Source: a plasmid
Length of the DNA stretch: 33,413 nt
Reading direction: 5' to 3' (one strand)
Sequence record: NZ_CP019031.1
Positions within the stretch are counted from its first letter, which is position 1, and every line of letters starts with the position of its first letter. The translations under genes were made by a program, and so were the position numbers. The notes beneath the pieces are model-generated. The model was not told the origin of the DNA. It saw only the letters and a list, made by a program, of their open reading frames with translations, and did no database searches. Of this stretch, positions 8,625 to 15,676 are shown one piece after another.

Positions 8625-9746
8625 CTAGTAGTACAACCCACTGTTATCGTTGTCGGCCGATTTTTCTTCTTCGGGGTGTTGGGCCGCATAGTCTCTAGCT
8701 GCTTGTTGGTTCCACCAAACATCAAATAAGTTTTGCATGGTACCGTACAGGTAATTCTCAACGTTCTTGATATGTTTCTCATCGCTTCTTAGGGCATTAA
8801 AATAGCGCCTTAATGTTTTGGTCATCATTTTTTTTAAATCAGGGTCATCTAATAGAATCCATACGCCTAAATCTTTATGTTCTTTTTCAACAGCATATTT
8901 GGCGTTTAAGATAATGCCAATAAAGCGCCGCATTTGTTGTGGGGTCCGGCACCAAAAGCTAAGTAGTTGCACTGCTTCTGGTTCTAAGAAGACCGGCAAC
9001 CCATTATCTTCGTCAGTTAAGAACTCATCAGCATGTTTTACTAAATCCCGATTTTGGGCTTCAATTTCAGCTGGTGAAAAATTGGCTGTGGAAAAGTCCA
9101 ACTTTTGAGTATCTATATCGTATCTATTAGTATCTATATTATTTTTATAGTCTTTATATAGATTGAGTTCATTTTTTGAACTTCCGCTTGTATCAAGGGT
9201 TTGAGAGCTGTTGTCAACGAACTTATGCGGAAGTTCATTTTTTGAACTTCCGCTTGTATCAAGGGTTTCAACGGTCTCTTGCGGAAGTTCATTTTTTGAA
9301 CTTCCGCTCGTAGCAAGGGTTTCAGGCTTTTTTTGCCCATATTCGCCCCTTAAATAAACATCAGTAGCTTTTACATCGAGCTTGGACAGATATAAGCGAT
9401 TTGGTTCATTTTTCTTAGTTTTCGGGTTAAAGCCCATTTGTTTCTGAACGAGTAATCCGATTGATTCCAGCTCTGCCTTTATTTTAATGACTTTTCCCTT
9501 TGAACAATTGAACAAGTCCATTAGCTCTTGATTGGTAAAAATAAAGTAGACGTGACCTTCCTCATCAACCCAGTTATTGCGCAAAGAATACTCTAATCGG
9601 TCTTTTAGTACCATATAGGCTAATTTAGCGTCATTGCTTAAATGCTTGTATTGCTCGCCATACATTAATACCTTAGGAAACTGGAAAAATAAGGCTCCAT
9701 ATACGTTATCGGCTTCATAGTAATTGAAATTTGTTGATTTTGTCAT
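8625..9746 (-). CDS. repA: RepA_N-family theta-replication initiator, about 373 aa.
   Basis: N-terminal block YGALFFQFPKVLMYGEQYKHLSNDAKLAYMVLKDRLEYSLRNNWVDEEGHVYFIFTNQELMDLFNCSKGKVIKIKAELE is the RepA_N signature of pSK41-type and many Lactobacillaceae replicons. Start at 9746 with AAAGGGAG RBS. A central low-complexity region carries the iterons. Confidence 0.85.
   Translation of the reverse strand: MTKSTNFNYYEADNVYGALFFQFPKVLMYGEQYKHLSNDAKLAYMVLKDRLEYSLRNNWVDEEGHVYFIFTNQELMDLFNCSKGKVIKIKAELESIGLLVQKQMGFNPKTKKNEPNRLYLSKLDVKATDVYLRGEYGQKKPETLATSGSSKNELPQETVETLDTSGSSKNELPHKFVDNSSQTLDTSGSSKNELNLYKDYKNNIDTNRYDIDTQKLDFSTANFSPAEIEAQNRDLVKHADEFLTDEDNGLPVFLEPEAVQLLSFWCRTPQQMRRFIGIILNAKYAVEKEHKDLGVWILLDDPDLKKMMTKTLRRYFNALRSDEKHIKNVENYLYGTMQNLFDVWWNQQAARDYAAQHPEEEKSADNDNSGLYY
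9166..9322. repeat. Three direct repeats (iterons) of about 37 bp inside repA. This is the candidate origin of replication.
   Basis: AGTTCATTTTTTGAACTTCCGCT(T/C)GTA(T/G)CAAGGGTTT occurs at 9166, 9232 and 9286. Each copy contains the palindrome GTTCAttttttGAAC. Three GTATCTAT short repeats lie at 9100-9150. The iterons encode the repeated SGSSKNELP linker. Confidence 0.6.
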
Positions 9747-9828
9747 AATAAAAACTCCCTTTCTTAACTGACACATGCTGTCTCGAAAGAGAGTTGCTAA
9801 AACATTTGATTTGCTTTAAAATACAAGT

Positions 9829-9940
9829 CTGATATGCTTTAACTGAATTACAAAGCAAACATTGGTTGTGAGGGCTTTGTAATTTACCAGCATGTGTCTG
9901 TCTGTGGGTTGCCCAATCGGCAACTTTTTTAATTTCTAAC
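9829..9940 (+). ncRNA. Candidate countertranscript (antisense RNA) against the repA leader.
   Basis: Plus-strand -35 TTGCTA (9794-9799), 17-nt spacer, -10 TAAAAT (9817-9822). A plus-strand hairpin GTTGCC-caatc-GGCAAC plus T6 lies at 9919-9940. The transcript would be complementary to the structured repA leader. Confidence 0.35.
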
Positions 9941-10301
9941 AACAAAAATGGACTAAATAGCTTCAGTTAGCTACTTAGTCCATTGACTTTAATTTGTTTT
10001 TAACTATCCTTAACTTGTCCTTTGGGACTGGTTTGCGGTATAATTAACCTACAAATTAAGAACAATGTTCAGTCGATTTAGACCGCCAAGTTAAAATCGA
10101 CTGAATCTAAGTAGCTGCCTGATAGCTACTTGCTAAACCAAAGGTCCCTGATTCCTCGTGAACTGGGGATCTTTTTAGTTTAGCTTGATCTCTTTATTCG
10201 GTTGTTAAATTAGTTTTAGTCTAGCATAGTGCTTACCTACCGGCAACTTTATTTGGTCTTGTATACTTTGCCAGCTTTTGGTTGAAACCAGTAAGCTGAC
10301 A

Positions 10302-10541
10302 TCACATATTTTTTATAAGCTCATTTAAAAATTTGGAGGCAGACTTAAAATTATGTTCTTTGGCTAGACCGTCAAGTCTTTTGCGTGCGCTAGGTTGAAG
10401 TGAAAAGGTATAGTTCTTAGTACGTTCCTCTTCATCTTTAAAAACAGGAATAACAAGTTGATCTTTAGTATCAGTTGGCTGTTCTGTTTCATTTTTTTGT
10501 AGTGCCTTTTTTATGTTTTTGTTCTCTGGATCGAATGCCAT
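10302..10541 (-). CDS. Small ParG/ParB-like partition adaptor, about 79 aa, predicted RHH C-terminus.
   Basis: ATG at 10541 with AAGGAGG RBS. It lies immediately downstream of parA. Small basic protein, the typical type Ib partner. Confidence 0.45.
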   Translation of the reverse strand: MAFDPENKNIKKALQKNETEQPTDTKDQLVIPVFKDEEERTKNYTFSLQPSARKRLDGLAKEHNFKSASKFLNELIKNM

Positions 10542-10612
10542 AGATAGTCCTCCTTTATAATTCATATGCACATACATTGAGTATACATGTAATTAATACG
10601 TGTACGGAACAT

Positions 10613-11404
10613 TTATAGTTTTTCCGTGATTTCATTAAATGTTTTGTCCATACTATCAAAAAATTCATGCTGATCAATATATGTTTTGTGGTCTTCAGCC
10701 ATTTTTGAAAGAGATTTTTTATCCAACGTTGAACGATTGAATAGCTCCTTTTCTGGAACTGTAGCCAATACACTGGGATCGCCTTTTAAGGCTTTTAATA
10801 ACTCGCGAGATGATCTTGTGTTGTGTTTAATCATGTTGGCGATAAAAAATAATTTGGTCGTGACATAAGATTTTCTAGTAGAGTAGTCAATGGCTTCTTT
10901 GCGTAATTCGTTAATTCTTTCTTCTAGGTTAAATTTTGCATTATACCCATGTTCGCTAGGTGTGATTGGACTAAGGATAGCGTTACTAATGATTACTGCA
11001 TTCTTGGTAGCAGTAGAAAAATCTGGGTGACAATCCAAAATAATATACTCGAATTTTCCTAAATTTAAACGTTCATAATTATCTGACAACCACATATAGA
11101 GGAACATGTTTTTGTTAGTCTTATTTTCAATGGAACGCTCAATATCGTCAAGGTGCATGTCTCCGGCAATTAGACTAATATAAGCACTTATTTCATGTAT
11201 TTTGACTTTCCCTCGATCTAAGAAGATGTTGCCAACGGTGTCTTGATTGTCGTAAATGTTGTAAGTCTGGGTTAAATTACTTTGGTGGTCTAAGTCAATA
11301 AATAAAACATGCTTGCCATTTTTTGCTAACCATTCACCATAATTAAAAGCTAGGGTAGTTTTACCAACGCCGCCTTTTATAGCTGAAAATGTAATGATTT
11401 TCAT
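10613..11404 (-). CDS. parA: ParA/Soj-family partition ATPase.
   Basis: KIITFSAIKGGVGKTTLAFN deviant Walker A. About 263 aa. GAGGGGG RBS. Confidence 0.85.
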   Translation of the reverse strand: MKIITFSAIKGGVGKTTLAFNYGEWLAKNGKHVLFIDLDHQSNLTQTYNIYDNQDTVGNIFLDRGKVKIHEISAYISLIAGDMHLDDIERSIENKTNKNMFLYMWLSDNYERLNLGKFEYIILDCHPDFSTATKNAVIISNAILSPITPSEHGYNAKFNLEERINELRKEAIDYSTRKSYVTTKLFFIANMIKHNTRSSRELLKALKGDPSVLATVPEKELFNRSTLDKKSLSKMAEDHKTYIDQHEFFDSMDKTFNEITEKL

Positions 11405-11540
11405 TAGTGACCCCCTCATACATACTAAGTAAGCTTAATAAACATCATTACATGCATAATAACACATAACACGTACGCTTGCAAATGATACATATACATT
11501 ATATTCATGAATTATTAGTATACACTAGCTAAGTGCCCTA

Positions 11541-11703
11541 TCTCTTGATATTAAACTTTTTGCGATATCTGATAAAGGTCGTCCGTTTAATCCCAGTATT
11601 TCGAGCCACATCAATGTCACTCATGCCTGCCTGGTAAAGCTTAAAGGCATGTTGCAAGCGGGGATCGTCTTGGGTGTATTGGGGTTTGCGCCCATGATAT
11701 TTG
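11541..11703 (-). pseudogene. Remnant of a serine-recombinase gene. Only the C-terminal ~54 codons plus the stop remain.
   Basis: Near-identical to the 3' end of the intact resolvase gene at 13835-14003 (encodes ...GRKPQYTQDDPRLQHAFKLYQAGMSDIDVARNTGIKRTTFIRYRKKFNIKR*). Homology stops abruptly at 11703. Confidence 0.6.
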
Positions 11704-11838
11704 CCTTAGCTAGGCAACAGGGTACAGTGGTTTGATTTACTTTACAAAACTTGCTGAATATATTTTTCCCTTTTTCAGCAAAAGAATAGTTAACTTTATC
11801 AGAAGTGAGGATTAGATATTTAACCTAGTTAAATACGG

Positions 11839-11867
11839 TTGGATTTGTACGCCAGATAACGTACAAT
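11839..11867 (+). promoter_or_regulatory. relB promoter with an operator-like palindrome.
   Basis: -35 TTGGAT (11839-11844), a 17-nt spacer containing the inverted repeat TTGTACG-N8-CGTACAA, then -10 TACAAT (11862-11867). Confidence 0.5.
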
Positions 11868-11885
11868 ATTACTGAGGTGATGAGA

Positions 11886-12131
11886 ATGGCAAGAATTGAA
11901 GCTCGAATTGACGGAACTATTAAAAGTAAAGCCAAAGACGTATTGGCTAATCATGGTCTAACAATTTCTGATTTTATGCGCATGACATTAACAACAGTTG
12001 CTCATGATGGTTTACCTAAATATTATTCAATCCCTAATCGGCAGTTAAAAAATTCGATTCAAGAAGTTATTGATGATCTATCTGGAAAAGAAAAACTACT
12101 CGAAGCCCGTAACCTTAAAGAATTAGATTAA
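11886..12131 (+). CDS. relB: RelB/DinJ-family antitoxin, 81 aa.
   Basis: MARIEARIDGTIKSKAKDVLANHGLTISDFMRMTLTTVAHDGLPKYYSIP is the classic DinJ/RelB N-terminus. GAGGTGA RBS. Confidence 0.75.
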   Translation: MARIEARIDGTIKSKAKDVLANHGLTISDFMRMTLTTVAHDGLPKYYSIPNRQLKNSIQEVIDDLSGKEKLLEARNLKELD

Positions 12132-12170
12132 TTGTTTAGCTCCGATAACGCATTGGAGTCTTCAAAATAA

Positions 12171-12378
12171 ATGGCGAGAGTAATTAAATATACCAAAACT
12201 TTTAAAAAACAGTTCAAAAAGCGGCGCAAGACCCCAAGTGGCGTTCAATATTTAAAAGTTCACTACCTCAAGAGCTTGATGATCAAAAGCGGAGTCCTTG
12301 GAAATATATTATTCAGTGTTTAATTGAAGATAAAACCATTCCAGATTATTTTTATCCACATACTTTAGAAGGTGTTAC
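12171..12378 (+). pseudogene. yafQ: YafQ/RelE-like toxin gene, frameshifted and 3'-truncated.
   Basis: MARVIKYTKTFKKQFKK is in frame 1. The reading frame then shifts by one base at an A-run (12216-12220) into AAQDPKWRSIFKSSLPQELDDQKRSPWKYIIQCLIEDKTIPDYFYPHTLEGV. It runs without a stop into the downstream lipoprotein ORF. The expected C-terminal catalytic region is absent. Confidence 0.55.
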
Positions 12379-12421
12379 AATGAAAAAGCAAGAAACGACA
12401 AGAAAGAAAAAGAGGTTTGAT

Positions 12422-13006
12422 ATGAAAAGGTCTTTCAGGCGGATTTCCGCTGTCATAGCAACGATGGCTTTCACGACAGGTCTGGCCGCCTGCGGTTCAT
12501 CCCAGTCGACTGCCCCATCGGCGAACAAAGCCACTTCCTCCGTCACTGCCCCCCAGGGCTGGAAGAAGTTCACGTCCAAGGATCTGGGCTATTCCGTCTA
12601 TTTCCCGGGCGTTCCGGAGAAGGACACCTATAAGGATCCCACTGGCGCTTATGCCCGCTATTCGACGGTCAATGACAAGGATCACATCAACTACGCTGTG
12701 TCCGTCACCAAATTCACTCGGAAGCAAGTCGAGGACTCCAAGGGGTTCAATGACGCGCAGAAACGTAAAGTCTTGACCAATGTCGCTCGTCTTCTGCAGA
12801 TTGACAAGTATTCCTTCACCACCGTGGACGGGCATATGGCCATTTCCTACACCGGTCACGATAGCGAGGACTCCTCGGTGATCATGCGTCGAGAGGTCGT
12901 TTACTCGTCCGCTGGCCTCTATGGCCTCGAATCCTTTGGAACTTCCAGCTCGGAATACAAGCAGTTCGTCGATACCTTCCGGCTTTCCGAAGATACGCAA
13001 AAATGA
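12422..13006 (+). CDS. Lipoprotein of unknown function with atypical (high-GC) composition.
   Basis: Signal peptide MKRSFRRISAVIATMAFTTGLAACG with lipobox LAAC. AAGAGG RBS before 12422. An alternative in-frame start lies at 12380. GC content and GC3 are far above the rest of the window from about 12440 to 13005. Confidence 0.55.
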   Translation: MKRSFRRISAVIATMAFTTGLAACGSSQSTAPSANKATSSVTAPQGWKKFTSKDLGYSVYFPGVPEKDTYKDPTGAYARYSTVNDKDHINYAVSVTKFTRKQVEDSKGFNDAQKRKVLTNVARLLQIDKYSFTTVDGHMAISYTGHDSEDSSVIMRREVVYSSAGLYGLESFGTSSSEYKQFVDTFRLSEDTQK

Positions 13007-13095
13007 AAGGAGTACTACTGGCGATATGACTAGTCTTGGTATTATAAGGTTAGTTATGTTCAGTAATGATTACCAAAAGAAGGAGATGATTTCTT

Positions 13096-13548
13096 ATGAT
13101 TGAGAAAGAAAAAGTTTTAAGCGATGCACCAAAGGCTCTAAATTCTGATAACAATCCTTGGGAAGTTGCTGTTGAAGGAGATTCGATTATTGGTACATGG
13201 AAATGGATGGATGCCCGGTTTTTCACTGAAGGTGGAATCTCCGATGAGGACAAAGAGTTTACTTTTACAGTTACTTTGAAAGATAACGGGAAATGGAAGG
13301 AAGTTGATAGCACTTCTAGTAAGACGTCAAGTATTAGGATGCATAACGGTAAACTATCTTTCAATAAAGACATCTCCTTTTCTAAGGGAAAGACTTATCA
13401 GAAAAGTATTTCTTTTGGTATTGGACAGGACAAGAAGAGCGGTAAAGTTGGAATTGTTGAATCTAAGTTAGATACTTCAATCATTAAAAAGTCGATTCGA
13501 GATTATTTGAAACAATGTGGCTGGAAGAAAGCTGGACTATTTGGATAG
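13096..13548 (+). CDS. Hypothetical protein, 150 aa.
   Basis: ORF with GGAG RBS, followed by an intrinsic terminator. No motif recognised. Confidence 0.45.
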   Translation: MIEKEKVLSDAPKALNSDNNPWEVAVEGDSIIGTWKWMDARFFTEGGISDEDKEFTFTVTLKDNGKWKEVDSTSSKTSSIRMHNGKLSFNKDISFSKGKTYQKSISFGIGQDKKSGKVGIVESKLDTSIIKKSIRDYLKQCGWKKAGLFG

Positions 13549-13615
13549 GAAATTATATGGTTCACGTGATGTAATACTGTTAGCAACAGGACTAAAGTTA
13601 CTATTGCATAATATC

Positions 13616-13656
13616 AAAAGGCCCGTTACCTCGTGGGGAAGGTAGCGGGCTTTTTG
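13616..13656 (+). terminator. Rho-independent terminator, probably bidirectional.
   Basis: GCCCGUUACC-ucguggggaa-GGUAGCGGGC followed by UUUUU, with an A-run on the other side. Confidence 0.6.
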
Positions 13657-13834
13657 AGAACAGGCAAAAGAAAAGCCATGCTAATCAATAAGAAAAGCAT
13701 GACACTAAGACTTTTACTAACTGAACATCAGCATGAATGGAAGGAGACCAATAAGAATCTCCATATGTCATATTATAGACCCTTAATTTTGCTGCTCATA
13801 AAAAACGGTTTTTAATTTACCTAACATATAAGTC

Positions 13835-14419
13835 TCATCTTTTTATATTAAACTTTTTGCGATATCTGATAAAGGTCGTCCGTTTAATCCCGGTATTTCG
13901 AGCCACATCAATGTCACTCATGCCTGCCTGGTAAAGCTTAAAAGCATGTTGCAAGCGGGGATCGTCTTGGGTGTATTGGGGTTTGCGCCCATGATATTTA
14001 CCCTGCTGTTTTGCTAGGGCGATTCCTTGTTGCTGACGTTCGATGATCCGCTTACGTTCACTTTCGGCCTGATACTTATAGAGTTCAATAATCAAGTTGG
14101 TCATCAGTTGACGCAAGTTAGGATCCGCGATCCCTGTCATGGACGGTAAATTTAACACATCTAAGGTGGCCCCCTTATTTTGAATGGTATTCATAATCTT
14201 AGTTAAATCCTGGTTGCTTCTGCCTAAGCGATCTAATTCAGTGACCAGGACAATATCACCCTCACGAATATAAGCCAGCATTTTTTGCAGTTCTGGCCGA
14301 TTAGTGTTTGCCCCACTTAATTTATCCGTAAATAATTTATCGACGTCTTTTAAAGCCGCTAACTGTCGATCTAAATGTTGCTCCTTGGAACTCACTCGCG
14401 CATAACCGATTTTAGCCAT
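13835..14419 (-). CDS. Serine recombinase (resolvase/invertase family), 194 aa.
   Basis: MAKIGYARVSSKEQHLDRQ catalytic-serine N-terminus with a C-terminal HTH. AAGGAG RBS. Start placed at the ATG at 14419. Confidence 0.85.
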   Translation of the reverse strand: MAKIGYARVSSKEQHLDRQLAALKDVDKLFTDKLSGANTNRPELQKMLAYIREGDIVLVTELDRLGRSNQDLTKIMNTIQNKGATLDVLNLPSMTGIADPNLRQLMTNLIIELYKYQAESERKRIIERQQQGIALAKQQGKYHGRKPQYTQDDPRLQHAFKLYQAGMSDIDVARNTGIKRTTFIRYRKKFNIKR

Positions 14420-14540
14420 TTTCAATTCTCCTTTTGGACAGTTCTAATGAACACTTACAATTCCTAGTATAGCACAGAAATAAAAAAGACCATTAGGGTG
14501 TACCCTAGTGGCCGTTTAATATACTTTTCTAAAGGGGGGA

Positions 14541-15068
14541 TTAGTATTGTTGCAGTAGCGTCATTAATAATGGCAGCTTTTTTTGAGTAAAATGACCATC
14601 ATTTCTTAAAATAAGTGTTCCACCCAAATGGTCAAATAAACTTCTTCCTTGCTTTTCATTACAATTGAAAGGATCGTTAAATGAATTGAATATATAAAAC
14701 TCATTTGAGTTCTTCTTGATTGTCTTCCAATCATAGGATTTTTTTAAGGTTGTGTGACGCATGCCATTAGGTTGACAATAGCCAGCAATCAAATAGACGG
14801 CTTTAACTGGTTTTGTTAGTTGTTCAAGTAAAGCTAAGATAATATTTGTTCCGGCAGAATGGCCGATTAAAATTGTGTTTTGATTAATGCCTAAGTTCAT
14901 TTCTCTAATTTTAACGAGTGTATCTGTTAGCGATTCTTGATCAAGCTTTGGTAAATCTGCCACAATTGTTGATATTCCTAAAGCGTTTAAACTATGAGCA
15001 ATGTTTTTATACCAAAACTTATCTGCTGTAGCATGCGGTGCTGACCCATGAAGAATGATTGCATTCAT
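14541..15068 (-). CDS. Alpha/beta-fold serine hydrolase, about 175 aa.
   Basis: GHSAG nucleophile elbow. Start at MNAIILHGS (15068) with GGGAGGGA RBS. Confidence 0.6.
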   Translation of the reverse strand: MNAIILHGSAPHATADKFWYKNIAHSLNALGISTIVADLPKLDQESLTDTLVKIREMNLGINQNTILIGHSAGTNIILALLEQLTKPVKAVYLIAGYCQPNGMRHTTLKKSYDWKTIKKNSNEFYIFNSFNDPFNCNEKQGRSLFDHLGGTLILRNDGHFTQKKLPLLMTLLQQY

Positions 15069-15114
15069 TAAAAAATCCCTCCCATCATTGATAATTACGC
15101 TAATAGTTGTTGAG

Positions 15115-15473
15115 CGCTTGGTCATGCAGTAAATTACCTGTATAATAGATTAAGCAAGAAGTTTTAAGGGCGATGGCTGTCTTTTCCCTTGTGAGGTGAG
15201 GCCCATGGGAACATGGAATAATCTTCAGGAAGGTTTCACAGTCGATGAGCGTCTTCCAGACACTCTCGTTGATGTTGCTGTTTGGCACGTTTTTGATCGC
15301 GCTCCTCAGCTATATCGACAAGCACCACAAATAAAAAAGCCGCCCTGTGTAACTTTGGCAGGTTACAGGACGACTAGTATCTAGTCTAATGTTAATGCCA
15401 CCGCCTTTGAAGCGGCTTGCGCGGGAAGTCCTGTTCTAGCGGGGCTTCCCTTTTTCTGTCTACATTATAGCAT
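15115..15473 (+). repeat. Direct repeat copy 1. It contains a promoter, a 62-aa ORF and an intrinsic terminator.
   Basis: About 95% identical to 21860-22219. -35 TTGGTC (15118), 17-nt spacer, -10 TATAAT (15141). ORF 15196-15384. Terminator GGGAAG...CTTCCC plus T5 at 15423-15456. Confidence 0.8.
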
Positions 15474-15676
15474 GACTATAACTGATTTTCGACTATTTTT
15501 AATCAGCTTCCTAGCAGCTTATGGGGAACATACGTTTGATAACTACGCTAATACTAGTGATATCACTATTGACGGTTGGTGAAGTTAGTGTGAAATTTTC
15601 TATAAGAATATGGTAATATAAGGGCATGTGATAATCTTTAGTATTGCGCATAGAAAACAAAGAAGGAGGTAACAGT

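Noticed and set aside
8597-9945. ORFs 8597-8782, 8818-9108, 9134-9340 and 9715-9945 overlapping repA. The iteron region could also look like a CRISPR array.
   Set aside because: RepA_N identity of the main frame is unambiguous. The repeats are three imperfect copies with unequal 54/66-bp spacing inside a coding sequence. That fits iterons, not a CRISPR array, and no cas genes are present.
10555-10868. 72-aa and 60-aa ORFs overlapping parA.
   Set aside because: They sit inside or antisense to the parA CDS with no supporting signals.
11748-11790. Inverted repeat CTTGCTGAA-N16-TTCAGCAAAAG upstream of relB as a terminator.
   Set aside because: There is no T-run in the plus orientation and only a weak TTTTG in the minus orientation. 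It could equally be a recombination scar next to the resolvase-repeat breakpoint.
12497-13000. 167-aa minus-strand ORF overlapping the lipoprotein gene.
   Set aside because: It is an artefact of the high-GC insert, where stop codons are rare in all frames. It has no RBS and is antisense to a gene with a signal peptide and lipobox.
13633-13815. 60-aa ORF between the terminator and the resolvase gene.
   Set aside because: It starts inside a terminator hairpin, has no RBS and its translation is non-descript.
15138-15473. The repeated ~360-bp element as a T-box leader or a known riboswitch.
   Set aside because: There is no T-box consensus (AAUUAGGGUGGUACCGCG) or specifier-loop features. I could recognise no riboswitch consensus. 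It is left as an unclassified duplicated promoter/ORF/terminator unit.
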